In this document: positions 1 through 12,800 of the stretch, piece after piece
Position numbering within the stretch: the first letter of the stretch is position 1
Layout of the letters: every line of letters begins with the position of its first letter
DNA from: Narcine bancroftii
Lineage: Eukaryota
NCBI RefSeq assembly: GCF_036971445.1
Contig: NC_091473.1
Coordinates: 206,212,001 to 206,276,000, forward strand
Length of the DNA stretch: 64,000 nucleotides
Direction of reading: 5' to 3'
The notes under the pieces: model-generated
Databases searched by the model: none
Told to the model about the DNA's origin: nothing
What the model saw: only the letters and a program-made list of their open reading frames with translations
Program-made: the position numbers and the translations under genes

Positions 1-635
1 CCATCTACAAATTTGCCGATGATACCAAAGTAGTGGCTTGGATAAAAGAAGGGGATGAGTCAGCATACAGGATGAAATTAAAAACGTGGCTGAATGGTGC
101 ACCAACAATAACTTCTTAACATAACACTCCACAGTGACAAAACTCAATCAGGGAAACATTTAGGGATTCGTACTTGTGCACCTTATTGATTTTTTTTTTC
201 AATCTCTGAATGGCACAGCCAGTTTGTTTACATTAATTATCGGTTTAAATTTTAATTTTTATTACATTTAAGTTTGAGCATACAGCAATGCAACAGGCCA
301 TTTTGGGTCAAGAGTCAATGCGGAAATATTTACATCCCATATGTTTTGAACGCTGGGAGGAAACTATAGCACCTAGAGAAAACACGTGTAGAAATGTGGA
401 GAACCTACAAACTCTTTACAGATAGCGTGGGATTCGAACAGCAGTCCGGTCCCGATTGCTGGTACTGTAAAGACGTTGAGCTAACCACTAGACTAACCAT
501 ACATATTTACAGTGTACAGTTTGGTTTGTACTATATATTAATGGTAATTCTGGCGTGCCCATAGGAAAAAAAAACGAATCTCAGGATTGTATGTGATGTC
601 ATGTATGTACTCTGGCAATATATCTGAAATCTAAA
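1..635 (+). mobile_element. Degenerate Rex1/Babar-like LINE fragment (RT piece plus 3' tail), interrupted by a SINE
   Basis: Bases 3-110 translate to IYKFADDTKVV..DESAYR/EIKNVAEWCTNNN, which contains the RT FADD motif. The tail at 500-635 resembles the tail at 11590-11710. Confidence 0.65.
276..499 (-). mobile_element. tRNA-derived V-SINE/HE1-like SINE
   Basis: Contains GGGAGGAAAC..AGCACC..GAGAAAAC (reverse V-domain-like) and GGGATTCGAAC (reverse B-box). Confidence 0.6.
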
Positions 636-891
636 ATACGAATTATTTGTGACGAATGTAAAATACAATTGCATATTTTAGTTGAATTAGAAGAATGCCT
701 TTCTTGTCGACATACAATCTGCTACATCATGTCGCATGAAGGTGGTATGTGAGTGGAAAAGGAAGATTGAGAATCACTGGACTGACGGAATTGATACTGA
801 AATATTTTGCTTTGGGTAAAATTGACATTTCCCAATTTCCTTTGGAGTTATGAAACTGTGCATATAACGACTCAATAAAGAACGATTAAAG

Positions 892-1021
892 CAGTAGTTT
901 GCCACTTTTGATTTCGACCCACATACCACCTTCAACAATCCCTTACTAATCACAGAACACTTATGGCATAAGGAATACGTAAGTGGTATGTGAGTGGAAA
1001 TAAAAAGGTTGAGAACCACTG
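892..1021. mobile_element. ~130-bp hAT/Charlie-like MITE (a second partial end lies at 742-779)
   Basis: Imperfect inverted ends CAGTAGTTT.. and ..GGTTGAGAACCACTG, plus an internal inverted match CCCACATACCACC / GTGGTATGTGAGTGG. No clean target-site duplication (TSD). Confidence 0.5.
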
Positions 1022-1039
1022 AAGTAGCTGAAGAATTTA

Positions 1040-1950
1040 TGGAGACATTAGGAATGCTCCTCCAGGAATAGATGTAGTTCGGCATGGTCCCAGTGGACTG
1101 GAAGATCACGAATGCCACTCCACTATTTAACAAGTGTGAGCGGCAGCAGAAAGGAAAATGATAAACCTGTGAGCCTGACTGGTGATTGGGATTTTGTTGG
1201 AGTTGATTGTCAAGGATGGGATTGAGGAGGACCTGGATATGCATAAAAAATTGTGAGAAGTCAACATTGTTTCCTTAAATGAATATAATTACTGATAAAT
1301 ATATTGTAAATGTTGAAGCTATCACAAGAAGGATTGACTGGGGGATTGCTGAGGATGTTGTGTATTTGGAGTTTTAAAAGGTCTACGGCAAGGTGTCACA
1401 TATAAGGATGATAAAGACGATGAGATCCTATAGAAATACAGAAAGGATATTAGCATGGGTAGAGAATTGGCTGGTTGGCAGGAAGCCGAAGGTAGGCATA
1501 AGTTCTGGATGGCCACCGGTTACCAGCAGTGTTCTGCAGGGGTCAGTATTGGTGACTCTTCTTTTCCATTTGCATGTAAAGGATTTTGATGATGGAATAT
1601 ATTGCTTTATGTTTAAAGTTTCAGATATCATAGGCTTCATCTCACATAGGTGACAGTGGACGTGATGCGAGGATTCTGAAAGGCTCCAGATAGACAGACT
1701 TACAAGGAGAATGAGCACATATATGGCAAATCAAACACAATATTCGTAAAGCAGGGTCATGCAATTTGGTTGACGAAATGGGTGAGCATACTATTATTTA
1801 GATGGGAAGAAAATTCTCAATCTTGAGGTATAACCTAGCTGGACACCTCGTGCAGTATATCCCATATTTGAACTGCAGGTTGAATGAATGGTGATAAAGG
1901 CAAAAGCAATTATCACATTAATTTCCAGATGAACATCATGTAAGAGCAGA
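1040..1950 (+). mobile_element. Degenerate CR1 LINE ORF2 fragment
   Basis: Contains VPVDWKITNATPLF and ILAWVENWLVGRKPKVG..WPPVTSSVLQGSVL (CR1 RT motifs), with many stops and frameshifts. Confidence 0.75.
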
Positions 1951-3424
1951 GATGCAGGTAGATAAACGCAGGATTAAAGTGATCAGTACTGTCACTTGAC
2001 ATTGAATGGATGAATTTAAGTTGAATGCTGCCTTTTATTATGTTAACGACGGATACTTATTGGAGTAAAAGATGCTTGATGTATTTCTTTTCGACTTTAC
2101 AGAAGACACATGAGTCTCATAAAATTATCTTGCTGCATAAATGACCTCAGTGCACGAAATAAAACGTGTTTTGTCACATCCTCTATTCCGTTCAGTTTTC
2201 ATTATCATTGAAGCCAACCACGAAAGTACCAGAGAAAATAATTTTTTCTCCCCACCTTGTGAAACTAACCTGCCTCAGATACATGGTATTCTATGCTAAC
2301 TGTTTTCCCGCATAAACAGACTAATAGGCAATCGTTGAATGTAGTTCATTTCTTCGCAGATGAATTCAATCTAAACCCATATTTTCTCAAAATGGAGACA
2401 TCCTTTAAAATGAGACAGCAGGACAAATGGGCTCACGCTGAATAATGCGATGATCACTGATTCTGTGCTCTATTTATATGATGAGAAAATGGAAACGTTA
2501 CAATGATTCGTCATTTCTGCATAAAATAAATAAGAATCGAAAAACAGGCTGTTCCAATGAGGGATCGAAACAATTCAGACACTGGTATTTTTGATGCAGA
2601 AATAGTAATGGGCGAAACTCAGCAGGTACGGCAGAATCCATGGACAGAAATGGTCATCAAACGTTTTATTTTAAAACCCTTCACCCTGCCTCGATTATTG
2701 GTTCCGACGAGAAATGTTGATTGCCCATGTCATTCCACTGAGTCCCTTAACCTGCGACTGTTAAAAACAGAGTACACATGAATTCGTGAAGTAAGGGAGA
2801 AGAAAGGAGGCTTTGAATCTGCTCCGCCATTTGTCATATCATGGTTGATCATGGATGTCATTTTCATTGTCAGCCTCAATTTGTGGATTAGAATATTTGG
2901 ATGACGTCATTCTGGATTATTATAATTAATATACGAAGCGGATGGTCAGGGGTCACATATTTACTTCTTTGAAGCTATGTTTACAAATCCAAATACGAAA
3001 AGGTGTGTACATTTCTCATCCTTCACTTGGTTCCAAGTGTAACAACAAGGTAAATATTGCCTTTGTCATTCACTCACTGGAACACAGCCACAAATGATCA
3101 CACTGACGATTTGCTTGGTCAGAGGAATGTAGGTACTTCCAGCTTCGGCCCAACTGAAAATCTATGAAATGGGAAAGAAACACTGGATGAGTTGATTGGT
3201 TAAATTGAGGAACAAATGAGACATACGGAGATTGGAAGAAATGCTTAACAAGAATACATTGGGTTTTGTGTGGTTGGAGAGGGAGAGAGCTTTGTGCTGA
3301 GCGGATGAGAAACTGCCAGGAATATCCTACTCACCGGACTTTACAGCACTGTTCGTACATTCGATTAAAGACAATTTTTGAATCAGGTCGATTTTCTCAA
3401 ATTCAACCTCTGCAAAACGCAACT

Positions 3425-4272
3425 ATGTCAGCTGTCTATTTATTTGATTTTTATATCAGTCATGTTTTACACTGGAAAGTTCATAGCATTTCCAATATTA
3501 CACTTTTTAGTCTGCTGCAGCGAAGGATATTTAATCAGTGAATAACATGCATGAATGCAATATTTTAAACGGAAAGACATTGAAAAAATGATCATGTATA
3601 TAGCTCTTTTCCGAATGATGTTGGAAAGTCTGAGGGGTATACACAAGTTAATTTAGAACAGAATATCTGTAGTCAGGTGGAAATCGTATCACTCTATGAT
3701 TATTCATATCTTCTCGAAACATAAAGTGTATAAGATGAAAAAGGAAAAGGTTCGATATTCATGGAAGTCATATACATGAAATCGACTTTCCGCTATTCTG
3801 CCACTTTATTTTTGAGCGTCAATTAATTTATTTTTAAAAAATCTTAGACTAATATCAGTGATAGTGGCAGTTATGACAAATTTGCGCATTGGGGTGATAT
3901 TTTCAACTCATGTTTTCCTCGGAATATTTCAGGACATTGTCGATGGGATGCCTTTTCTCAGACTGTGACCACAGCGACTGAAGGAGATGATGTGAGGTTG
4001 AACTGTAACTATACAGTGACAAGTGAACGTAATCCTGGATTAATATTCTACTGTATATATCTTCGATGATCACTGGACCTTTTGCAGGTTAGAACGCAAA
4101 GTGATGGCAAAAGGAAGAAAATTCCCAGAGAAAGATCTTCGGCGGACCTGGATATTTAAAAGGGAATGATTCCACTAACCATATATGAAACGCAGCTGGG
4201 AGATCTGTTCATGTTTTATTATGCTCTCAATTCCACATTGGTAAGGAACTGAGTTGACACTATGCATAAATA
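3425..4272 (+). pseudogene. TCR alpha/delta V pseudogene (leader, V exon and 23-RSS)
   Basis: Leader ATG at 3425 with a damaged splice donor; acceptor TTTCAG at 3932. Exon reads GHCRWDAFSQTVTTATEGDDVRLNCNYTV..LR*SL..SADLDI*KGMIPLTIYETQLGDLFMFYYALNS, with two stops and W41 and C104 lost. RSS is CACATTG (4234-4240), 23 bp, GCATAAATA. Confidence 0.9.
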
Positions 4273-5802
4273 GCAGATCATCTCGTCATGCATCAACACA
4301 TGAACGGCTCTTTTGAAAATGATTTGCTGTTCCTTTCATGGTCAGAAACCGAATGGATGGCTTGGGATGATTATCCAATTTTACCCGAATGAGAAAATCA
4401 CCTTTATCAGATTACAGATGCAGTTTACTGCCATGTAATAAAATAGCAATTGAATATCAGTCGAACGTGTCTTTAGTCTGCCATATGACAAAGCAACATG
4501 AGGTCAATAGCAATACCATTCCCGGCGCCCTGACAGTGAGCGCAAGGGATGCAAATGAAAATCCCTTCCAAGGTCACCATAACTCAGGCGCAGTTCAAAC
4601 CATTACAAACGCAATCACAGATCCAAACGTCCACCATGAGGAGAATGCCTTCAGTGCCCTCGACGTATCTGGATTCCTCCTTGCCCTCAGCATCACCTTA
4701 AATCCTCGTTCAGCTACCAGGTTTCCCTAAGTCATTCTCCAGCAGTCCCCAGTACCTATGAGTCATTTCACCCCAAATCGCCAGTAGCCCTCAGTTTGTG
4801 TGTATTCATTGCCCGAAAGTTTCCATCACCACCTGCATATTTTCTTCAGGTGCCGAGGGGATCACTGATCTGTCAACCCTGCTTCTCAATCTAAAAAGGG
4901 ATATTCTCCCTCTTATTGCTTCCCTGCACCATTCCACTGCACCCCATTTTCTGAAAATCTCTTGCGTCCGCTGTCGACAACAGCTGCCGTCTCCTAAGAC
5001 CCCGACTCCATGGTTGCAAGATTTTAAAATATAACACAATCAAATCATTTATCAGGCTCTTTAAACCATTCATGGAAACACAGCAGTCGATCTGGCTGGT
5101 ATGACCCCGTACGCGATTGCTGTGAGTTTGTTCCCCGCGGGTCTGCCCCAGTGGCAGCACTGTCATTACACAAACCCCAGAAGTGCCATCTGTACTTCTA
5201 AATCCGCACCCATAGATACTTGAGGAGCAAATTCCAAATCTCAGAGGTGCGTTTGAATAATGGGAGTGATCTTCATAATCGCCTTCCCCCTTTTCTCATC
5301 CGAAGTTATACCCTTGTTCCTAGCCCTTGACATTTGGAAAAATTTAATTATAATTAAACCAATTACAGTATTGGTAAAATATGACTCAATATTTTAAAAA
5401 TTCATTCTACCAGTCTTGCCTATGTCCGCGATTTATTTTTCCTTTGAAATTTACATCTCCATTTCACCTGTTGAATTTACTGTAACTGAAACCTTATCTT
5501 GCAGTGCATGACACCGCAAACATCTGTGACCAATGATTGGTTGTAATGGCACCGGAAGGATGTGCATTTCACTCCTTATTACATCATCATTTGGCGCACA
5601 TAGTGTGGACGGCGAATTAATTTTTCAGGGAAGAGTTTCGCTTCTCCTGCCAAAGTTGCTAGAGTCCCATCCCATTTTGAAAACAAATTCCTGTTCACAA
5701 ACTGTGCTATCCTTACACTCTGAAGTCTAGACCTTATATACCATGGGAAACAATGATACGTTATGCAGTGTAAATAACAATTACTTTATCCGTTCAAAAT
5801 AT

Positions 5803-6325
5803 TGTGAAATATTAAGTGTTAACAATCACTACTCTGAAGAACTTGGAGAACAGGTTCAGCTTTATTTCGAGTCTACAGAGTCGGGTGACCCTGGTCTTGA
5901 GACACACCAGAGGTTCAGAATCATCACTCTTTTGTACAGTCCCGCAATCAACATCACCACACCTTCATTTACTCTCTTCCAATCAGAATTTCGATACATT
6001 ACAACCTTCTCCTTTTCCCTTCCATCACTGCAGATACCGCACAATCCCTCCCACATCGTACATCGCATGTTTTGCTAATTAGACCATCCTCTTCTTTATG
6101 GCATCTAAGTTAATGTTCATGTCTTTATTAAGCAAGCGCAGTAGTGGCCATGCATACCTTAGGTCACCGTGCCAGTCAGAACCAGATTCCGGCATCATTG
6201 AGACTTCTGATAAGAAGTAACGCACTAGCTAGTGCCGTCTACTCTCAAGCTCTAATCTACATACTTTGCGTTCCATCACTTGTCACAGAATGTGAAAGTT
6301 TAAACACTTTCAGCCATATTTCACA
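5803..6325 (-). mobile_element. Solo LTR of the ERV at 21660-27208
   Basis: TG...CA ends and a perfect 4-bp TSD ATAT (5799-5802 / 6326-6329). Its reverse complement matches both LTRs of the ERV. It is absent from the paralogous block near 62.4 kb. Confidence 0.9.
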
Positions 6326-7393
6326 ATATCATATTTATAAAATATATGAAAACATAAATATGCAACGAAAATACTGGGGCCATCTTACATGAGCAATTAA
6401 GTCTCAGAATATTGCGGATGTTAACCTATACACTGAATGTAATATACACGGTGTTGCAAAGCAATGACGATCTATTTAACAATCAGGCATGGTTATGGAA
6501 ATGGTGTTTCAGTCTGCCAAGCGCACCTCTCTTGCGTAAGTCCACGTACACCTGCTCAAATATAAACACAAATGAATCACAGCAATAGCGTAACTAACTC
6601 TAGATCCAGTTAGCCGTCATACCAGGATGTTTCACTTAACTCAGGGTCGCCCTTTTGATATTATGCAATTTTGTATTGGACCAGTTACGGTAAGTTTAGA
6701 TTACGGGATTGCCAATTAACCCGCACTAGGATTCTCTTCATGTACCACGCATTGTGGCATTGGCATATACCGCTAATATCTCCGTGAAGTTAGACTTTGA
6801 TTGCTCATTTCATTTGGTTTCAGTAGTCAGTACCCCTTTGATTTGAGGAAAACTATTTATGAAAATTAACTAAATTCTGAATCTTCTTCGTGCCATCTCT
6901 ATTCATGCTATGCCATATTTCACGGTCTTCACAATTGACAAGATCTACAGCCACCTCTATTTCGGGGAAAAGGGTAAACATCTGTAAACATCAATTCAAC
7001 ACCTGTCACGTTCGTTCTTCCCCCCACCACCATGCGGCAGAAGATAATCGAGATTGAAAACAGAAATACACCACACAAATTCGTAAGTGAGCTTCGTTTG
7101 TATTCTCAGGCTCTTGAATAGGCCTCTGCAATTGTCAACTACGATGGATTGCTCTATTTTCTTCTGCACTTGCCTCCAGTGTCTGCGACCTTCATACGTA
7201 AAATTGCACTCTTTTTATATTGAACAAAATGTAAAACTATATACAGCACCTATATTTTATTATTGCATGACATAGTATACAGAATAGTTTTGATTTGTCT
7301 GGATCTAAATCAAACCAAAGCCATTCAATGTGCGTCGGCATACACAGAAAAGAACAATATAACCTAGTCTTCTGTGTTCATTTCAATTCTCAG

Positions 7394-7729
7394 CTAATTA
7401 AATACGAGGAGGACAATATCCATACAAGTACACCTGGGAACTATGCCTGAACATTATTGGTATATGTGGCCATCTGATTTGAAATGAGGCTGGGCCAAAT
7501 TTCACAAGGAACCATTGAATTGCAATAACTGCCTCAGAATCTTTCATTTATCCAATGCAGCATAAGTAGATACATGAATCATATGTTGAAAATATTTATT
7601 TACTTTAATTTGGCTATTCGTTGGTGGAGTCATCTTGGGCAGCAGTGTCTGATCTGACCCATGTTCTTTTCTGTGCAATGTTCTCGAATACACAATGCTT
7701 AAATCGGAACAATGTACGACATATTTAAA
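7394..7729 (+). pseudogene. Highly decayed TCR V relic
   Basis: Acceptor TTCTCAG, then GAGGACAATATC (EDNI), and ~300 bp later ..VSD..FCAMFSN followed directly by the heptamer CACAATG (7691-7697). The nonamer is poor. A paralog lies at 63119-63430. Confidence 0.5.
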
Positions 7730-8842
7730 CGTCAACTGTGTCATTCATTGGTCCAAATGTGTTATAAGTATTATATCATTCAAAATATGCGATGCACGAT
7801 AACCCCCGGTGAAATCAAATTGGGCAAATTTAATATAACAACTTTAATTTAATTATTCACCGATAATAACCCGTAAAATGTGTACTGCACTGAGGCGAGT
7901 GATAGTGAATATAACATGAAAATTGGAAGCGTTAACACTATGTGTAAAGCGTATAATTTAAATTCAAAACTGAATAATGACTGGAAATAGAAGGAAAATA
8001 AAGGCTGAAATTACTGACTAGGAGATGAAATACTACAAATGTGACTGGAATTTATGGTCGACAATCCTTTTTCAAAAAATAAAGCATTTGTTTGTCGTGG
8101 GACATGGTATATACACTGACTCCATCTAGCTCAAATGCGCCAGGTAAGACAAGGAGTAGTAGGGACAAATATTCAAAGATCTGTTTAATCATAAACGGAG
8201 GATTAACCGGAATAATGTACAATGTACGAAATAATCAGGGACTAATCGATGAGCCATCGGTGAGGTGATCAATATCTTTCATATGCTACTTTCGCATCTC
8301 CGACGTCTGGAGAGTAGGACATGAGCGGACAATGGAGCAGATTGAGAGAAAGTTGAGTGTGCTTGCAGATGAACATGCGACTGCATCAGCTACTTCCTAT
8401 ATATAATGCAAGACCAATCTCATAATTTTTGCTGCTGAAACCCTCGATCATCGTCGTGACATTATGTAATATGCCTTTTCCTATCACGACAGTATTTAAT
8501 GACAAATGAATAACTTGCCCCAACAGAGGTCACGAATGGAAACATTGATATTCTGATTTATAATGGTTGGTCAATTATATACCATTTCCAAAGAGTTTTA
8601 TATATTTTTTAAATTTGACGCATTGAATGTCAGTTCATGTGTTTCGACCCAATGATTTTCCTTTTATATTCTTACAGTTATTGAATGAAAACACGCCAAA
8701 ACCTAAATATGATACATAATTCACCATCGCCGATGATTAATTTATTGCCACATTATTTCCTTCATGATACATTTCCATCTGCTGAAATACTGAAGAGTTC
8801 AGAGAATGTGAGTTGAAATCTTTTCTTCGCGTTTCTTTTCAG

Positions 8843-9030
8843 AACACCGAATGATGTTAGTGAAATATCGTTTGCACTGACTAACGATGCTGTTAATTGA
8901 ACGAGATGTCGTCCATCTGGGATTCCATTGGAATTTTGTATTAAAAGAGCGTGTTCACACATCCGACGTCGTTTTCTTGCGGATGAAAAGGTGTTTGCAA
9001 TTCCCACTATGGATACGGTACAGGAGAATG
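8843..9030 (+). pseudogene. Possible very degenerate TCR V remnant
   Basis: Acceptor TTTTCAG followed by fragments NIVCT, PSGIPLEF.IKR and RFLADEKVFAIP, which resemble FR2/FR3 of the V at 3933. No C104 or RSS seen. Confidence 0.3.
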
Positions 9031-9339
9031 ATAGAATGGGGTGGAAATGCTATTCGCACGTGGTAAGAAGAAAGAACAATTAAAATAGACATGGAATAGA
9101 AGTGGACATGACTTATAAACCATAATCAAAAGCTCTAAATACATGTTTACGTCTGAATTCCCGCGACAAAAAATCGTTTTTTGCCACTGTTACAGTGCTG
9201 AAGGCCTCATATCTAAGTTGTAGCTCCACTGAAGATGCTTGTTCTTCCCATTGAATGAACCGGAGATAATTCTGTGTGGTAAAACACGAAGTGGATCCAG
9301 GCGCTTTTATTTGTATTAAATAAAACTATGAAATTATGG

Positions 9340-9900
9340 AGGACCTACACAGTCGCCGCATTATCTTCGGTCAAGATAAAGAATGATGTTTTGTGCCTGA
9401 GCCCATCTTGAAAGAAATGGTAAAAGGTGTCTGAATAAAATAAAAAGGCAGGTAATAAAATATAGACTAAAAGACGAAGCATGTTACTTTTCTGTGGAGA
9501 GGAGGACAAGTGAGATGAAATACAAAAATTGATTAGGGGAGAAAGGGGTTTGGTCCTGTGAATACAGAACTGTGTTAATTGATGTTGGCAGAAAACGGGG
9601 GTGAGGGGTGTGGGGTGGCTGTATGGAGCTAGACGAAATGAGACAGGAATAGATGTGGGGTGGGGAAGTAGATGTGAATGCCATCCCGTTGGAGGGTGCA
9701 CAAACATATTATGAGGTGTTGGTCCTCCAATTTGTGGGTGATGTCAGTCTGGCAGAGCTCGAACCCAGGGCAGACATTTCGGCACGGGAATGAGGCGGTG
9801 AATGGAGGTGGGTGGCCTTTGAAAGATACCAACTAGAGAGCTGGGCAGTCGAAGTGTTGAATGAAGCGATATCGCAGAATGACACTGGACAGGAGACAGA
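9340..9900 (-). mobile_element. Penelope-like element 3' fragment (GIY-YIG endonuclease C-terminus)
   Basis: The minus strand reads HKLEDQHLIICLCTLQRDGIHIYF, matching the LEEQHLIFRLGTLQP.G.N end of Penelope GIY-YIG domains. Confidence 0.7.
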
Positions 9901-10399
9901 GCGAGCGAGCACGGGTGGAGGAAAGAAGAGAAATAGGCGAGAGAGATAGAAATATGAAGCTGGAAGGGGGTGGTTAATGTCAGAGGGGTTACACCAAGAA
10001 ATCATGATTTGTAAATATATCGAATGCGAGTCTTTATATCCAATGAGGCATAAGTGAAGCACCGAAATTATCTGCCAATGAATAGAAAACGGCCCCTATG
10101 TCTGCCTTTCCACGGACATATCTGATACATGACATGAAAACGGACTTCACCATTTGTTTTCGGACCAAACACAATGATATACATATGGTCTTTACTGATA
10201 TTTCCAATGCTCACGATGTGCCAGATAATGAAGAGATCAAATGCAGTGTAGTTCAACACATATCAACTTTTTTATTAGTAGAAACACAGTGGTACAATAA
10301 TGAATGATAATAGGTGTGTACACAATTATAGTCAAGGGGACTGACCTAAATGGTAGAGATAATCCACCCCCAATTCCAGCAAAGTGAGAGATTGACAGC

Positions 10400-10655
10400 A
10401 TGACACAGATTTACCACAGCTCCATTGTCAGTATATCTTTAAATAGTTCATTTGGATTCCCATGTTTTGTTTCACAGACAAATTGCTCGTTTTTGAATTT
10501 TGTAAGAGGGGGCATGTGGTTATATTTCACTGACCAAGTATCTACCTAGGATTATATTGGAAGTAGGACAATATTTAACGCTGATTTGCAGTTACTCTGC
10601 ATTATACTGTTATCTAATCGGTTTATAGTACGTTCAATATCCTGAAAATCTGTGA
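10400..10655 (+). pseudogene. Truncated TCR V pseudogene (5' half)
   Basis: From ~10509 it reads GACGYISLTKYLPRIILEVGQYLTLICSYSALYCYLIGL*YVQYPENL* (C23 present, W41 is a stop). A degenerate leader starts at ATG 10400. No 3' half. Confidence 0.65.
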
Positions 10656-10739
10656 AAAGTTTGATAAATAGTTTGAAAAAGACTAGAAGTGTTGAAGGGT
10701 CTGTTTATTTGCTGTATTCTATGCTTCTGTAATCCAAGT

Positions 10740-10866
10740 CAATGACTCAGAGAAGTCATCAAAGTCTCCTCCAGAGAAGGTAGCTGAAGAAGGACAAATT
10801 GTAAAACTAAAGTTCATTTTCCCATCTGCATATACCGCTGACAGTGGCTTCTGGTACATTCAGAAA
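10740..10866 (+). pseudogene. TCR V fragment (FR1-FR2) related to the intact V
   Basis: KSPPEKVAEEGQIVKLKFIFPSAYTADSGFWYIQK aligns to LVAEEGETVKLNCSYPSSYTAYTPFWYTQY of the intact V. C23 is lost and LINE tails follow. Confidence 0.75.
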
Positions 10867-10899
10867 TTTTTCACCTCGAAGAAAAAGTAGGCCAGTCAC

Positions 10900-11710
10900 G
10901 TGAAATCTGAAATGTGATGCAGTGGATCCAAGGATGATTTCAAGAGTTAGATATAGTTCTTAAAGATAGCAGAGTCAAAGGATATGCGGAGAAGTCACGA
11001 AATAGTTACTTATTTTGGACGATCATTGAATGGCGGTGCTGGCTCTAAGGTCATGAAGGCCTGTTACTTTATTTCGTGTCTATTGTCTATAGTTAGCACC
11101 TCTACTTCCTAAGGAGTTTGCACAGGTTAGTATTACGCAAAAGCCCTGGAAATGGTTTACCAATGTGTGGTGTAAAAGTTGCTGACTGGATGAATCACAG
11201 TTCTCTCAGGAAACACCAATGCCTCTGAGCATGAAGACCTCTAAAAGGTAGTGGATGTATATCAGGACATCCCAGGCAATACTTACCCCACTATTGAGTA
11301 CATCTACAGGGAACGTTGGCATCGGAGAACAGCAGCAATCAACAAAAACCCACAACACCCAGCACACGCTATTTTCTCGCTGCCGTCTTCAGTAAAAATG
11401 TATGGGCACAAAATCACTAGCAACACCATGTTCAACAAAACCTACTACCCCTCTAGCATCGGACCCCTCAACACCAAACTTAATCAGAGACCACTTTATG
11501 GACTCATACTTGTGCACTTAATTGATTTTCTTTGGTTCTCTCTGTCTTCCATAGACCTTCTACATCCGTTATGTATTTATAGATTTTGAAATTTGTTTAC
11601 ATTGTGTACAGTTAATTTTTCCTCTATCAATTAGTGGTAATTCTGCCGTGCCCACAGGTAAAACAGAATCTCAAGTTGCATGTTATATCATGTATGCAAT
11701 AAATCTGAAA
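10900..11710 (+). mobile_element. CR1 3' tail (~10900-11090) followed by a Rex1/Babar-like LINE 3' end
   Basis: CR1-type tail GATCATTGAATGGCGGTGCTGGCTC, then ..AAINKNPQHPAHAIFSLPSSVKMY..YYPSSIGPLN, typical of the Rex1 ORF end. Confidence 0.65.
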
Positions 11711-12800
11711 GAGCGTTCGGATTGGCAGGAAAGCAAAAATAAAAGAAAGAATACTCCAAACGTCAGCTGGTCGCCACGAAAATGGCCATAATATGCATCA
11801 AATATCGCTGCATCATACGTCCAGGCACAAAGTGGGGACATCATATAGGATTTATATTATCAGAGCGGCAGAGGATGCAATTCGCGCGCAGCTGTCTGAA
11901 AAGTATTCAGCTAAGCTTGAGGAATTGTTGGTGAATAGAAATTAATACAATGAAGAACATTACATAGAATTTTAGACACCTCAATGCTTCTCACACCATT
12001 GTCAGTATCAAGCCACGGGGCACGAAAACATTTGTGGAAAACGTCTTTCACCGCTTTGTTCGAGATCTCTGAAGTTTAAGAACGACCTGATGTTACATCA
12101 AGCTTATCATTCGAGAAAGCACCAGAGAATGTGTTGTATCTTAGATTTAGAAAGAGTGTCTTGTTATGTANNNNNNNNNNNNNNNNNNNNNNNNNNNNNN
12201 NNNNNNNNNNNNNNNNNNNNNNNNNNNNNNNNNNNNNNNNNNNNNNNNNNNNNNNNNNNNNNNNNNNNNNNNNNNNNNNNNNNNNNNNNNNNNNNNNNNN
12301 NNNNAAAATTGAATAATAAATACTGAGAGATGATGATGTACGGTTCAAGGTGTGTTTGATTGACATCTTCCTCACAATGATGATCCCATTAAATGGACTA
12401 TATGTAATGTCACCGATACTGCGCATGATACATGATAGAGGGTTTCACATCGTGTGAGAAGAGAAAAGTTCAAAGAGTAAAGGGGGAGAGAGAGAGAGAT
12501 GCAGATGCAGGGAATTGTGAAGACAGAGAGTGAGAAGGATGGCAAAACAGGGTAGCAGAGAGATCAGATAGAGAGAGCGAGAGAGTGAGAGAGAGAGAGA
12601 GAGAAGAAAGAAAAAGATAGAGAAATAAAGAAGGTAGAAGGAAAGCAAGATAATGATAAGTTGGTGGAAAGCGACAGAAAGGGAGAAATGAACTATTGGT
12701 ACAAATGACCGAGGAACATGGCCAGGATAGAGAGAATGTGATAGTGAGAAAAGTTGCAGAATGGGTAAGATATGGTCACAAGTACGCAGGAAGCAGAAAG

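Larger units (their letters stand above)
1981..8260 (+). repeat. Old segmental duplication, copy A (paralogous to 59533-63960)
   Basis: Collinear matching blocks, e.g. CATTGAATGGATGA (~2000/59557), GAGAGCTTTGTGCTGAGCGGATG (~3285/60621), the V exon (3933/61141), CCCCGCGGGT (5133/61915) and TAAACGG.GGATTAAC (8192/63881). Confidence 0.85.

Noticed and set aside
129-170. Isolated CACAGTG heptamers (also near 25502, 49488, 49572 and 49943)
   Set aside because: None has a nonamer at 12- or 23-bp spacing or an adjacent V/J coding sequence, and some lie within TE sequence.
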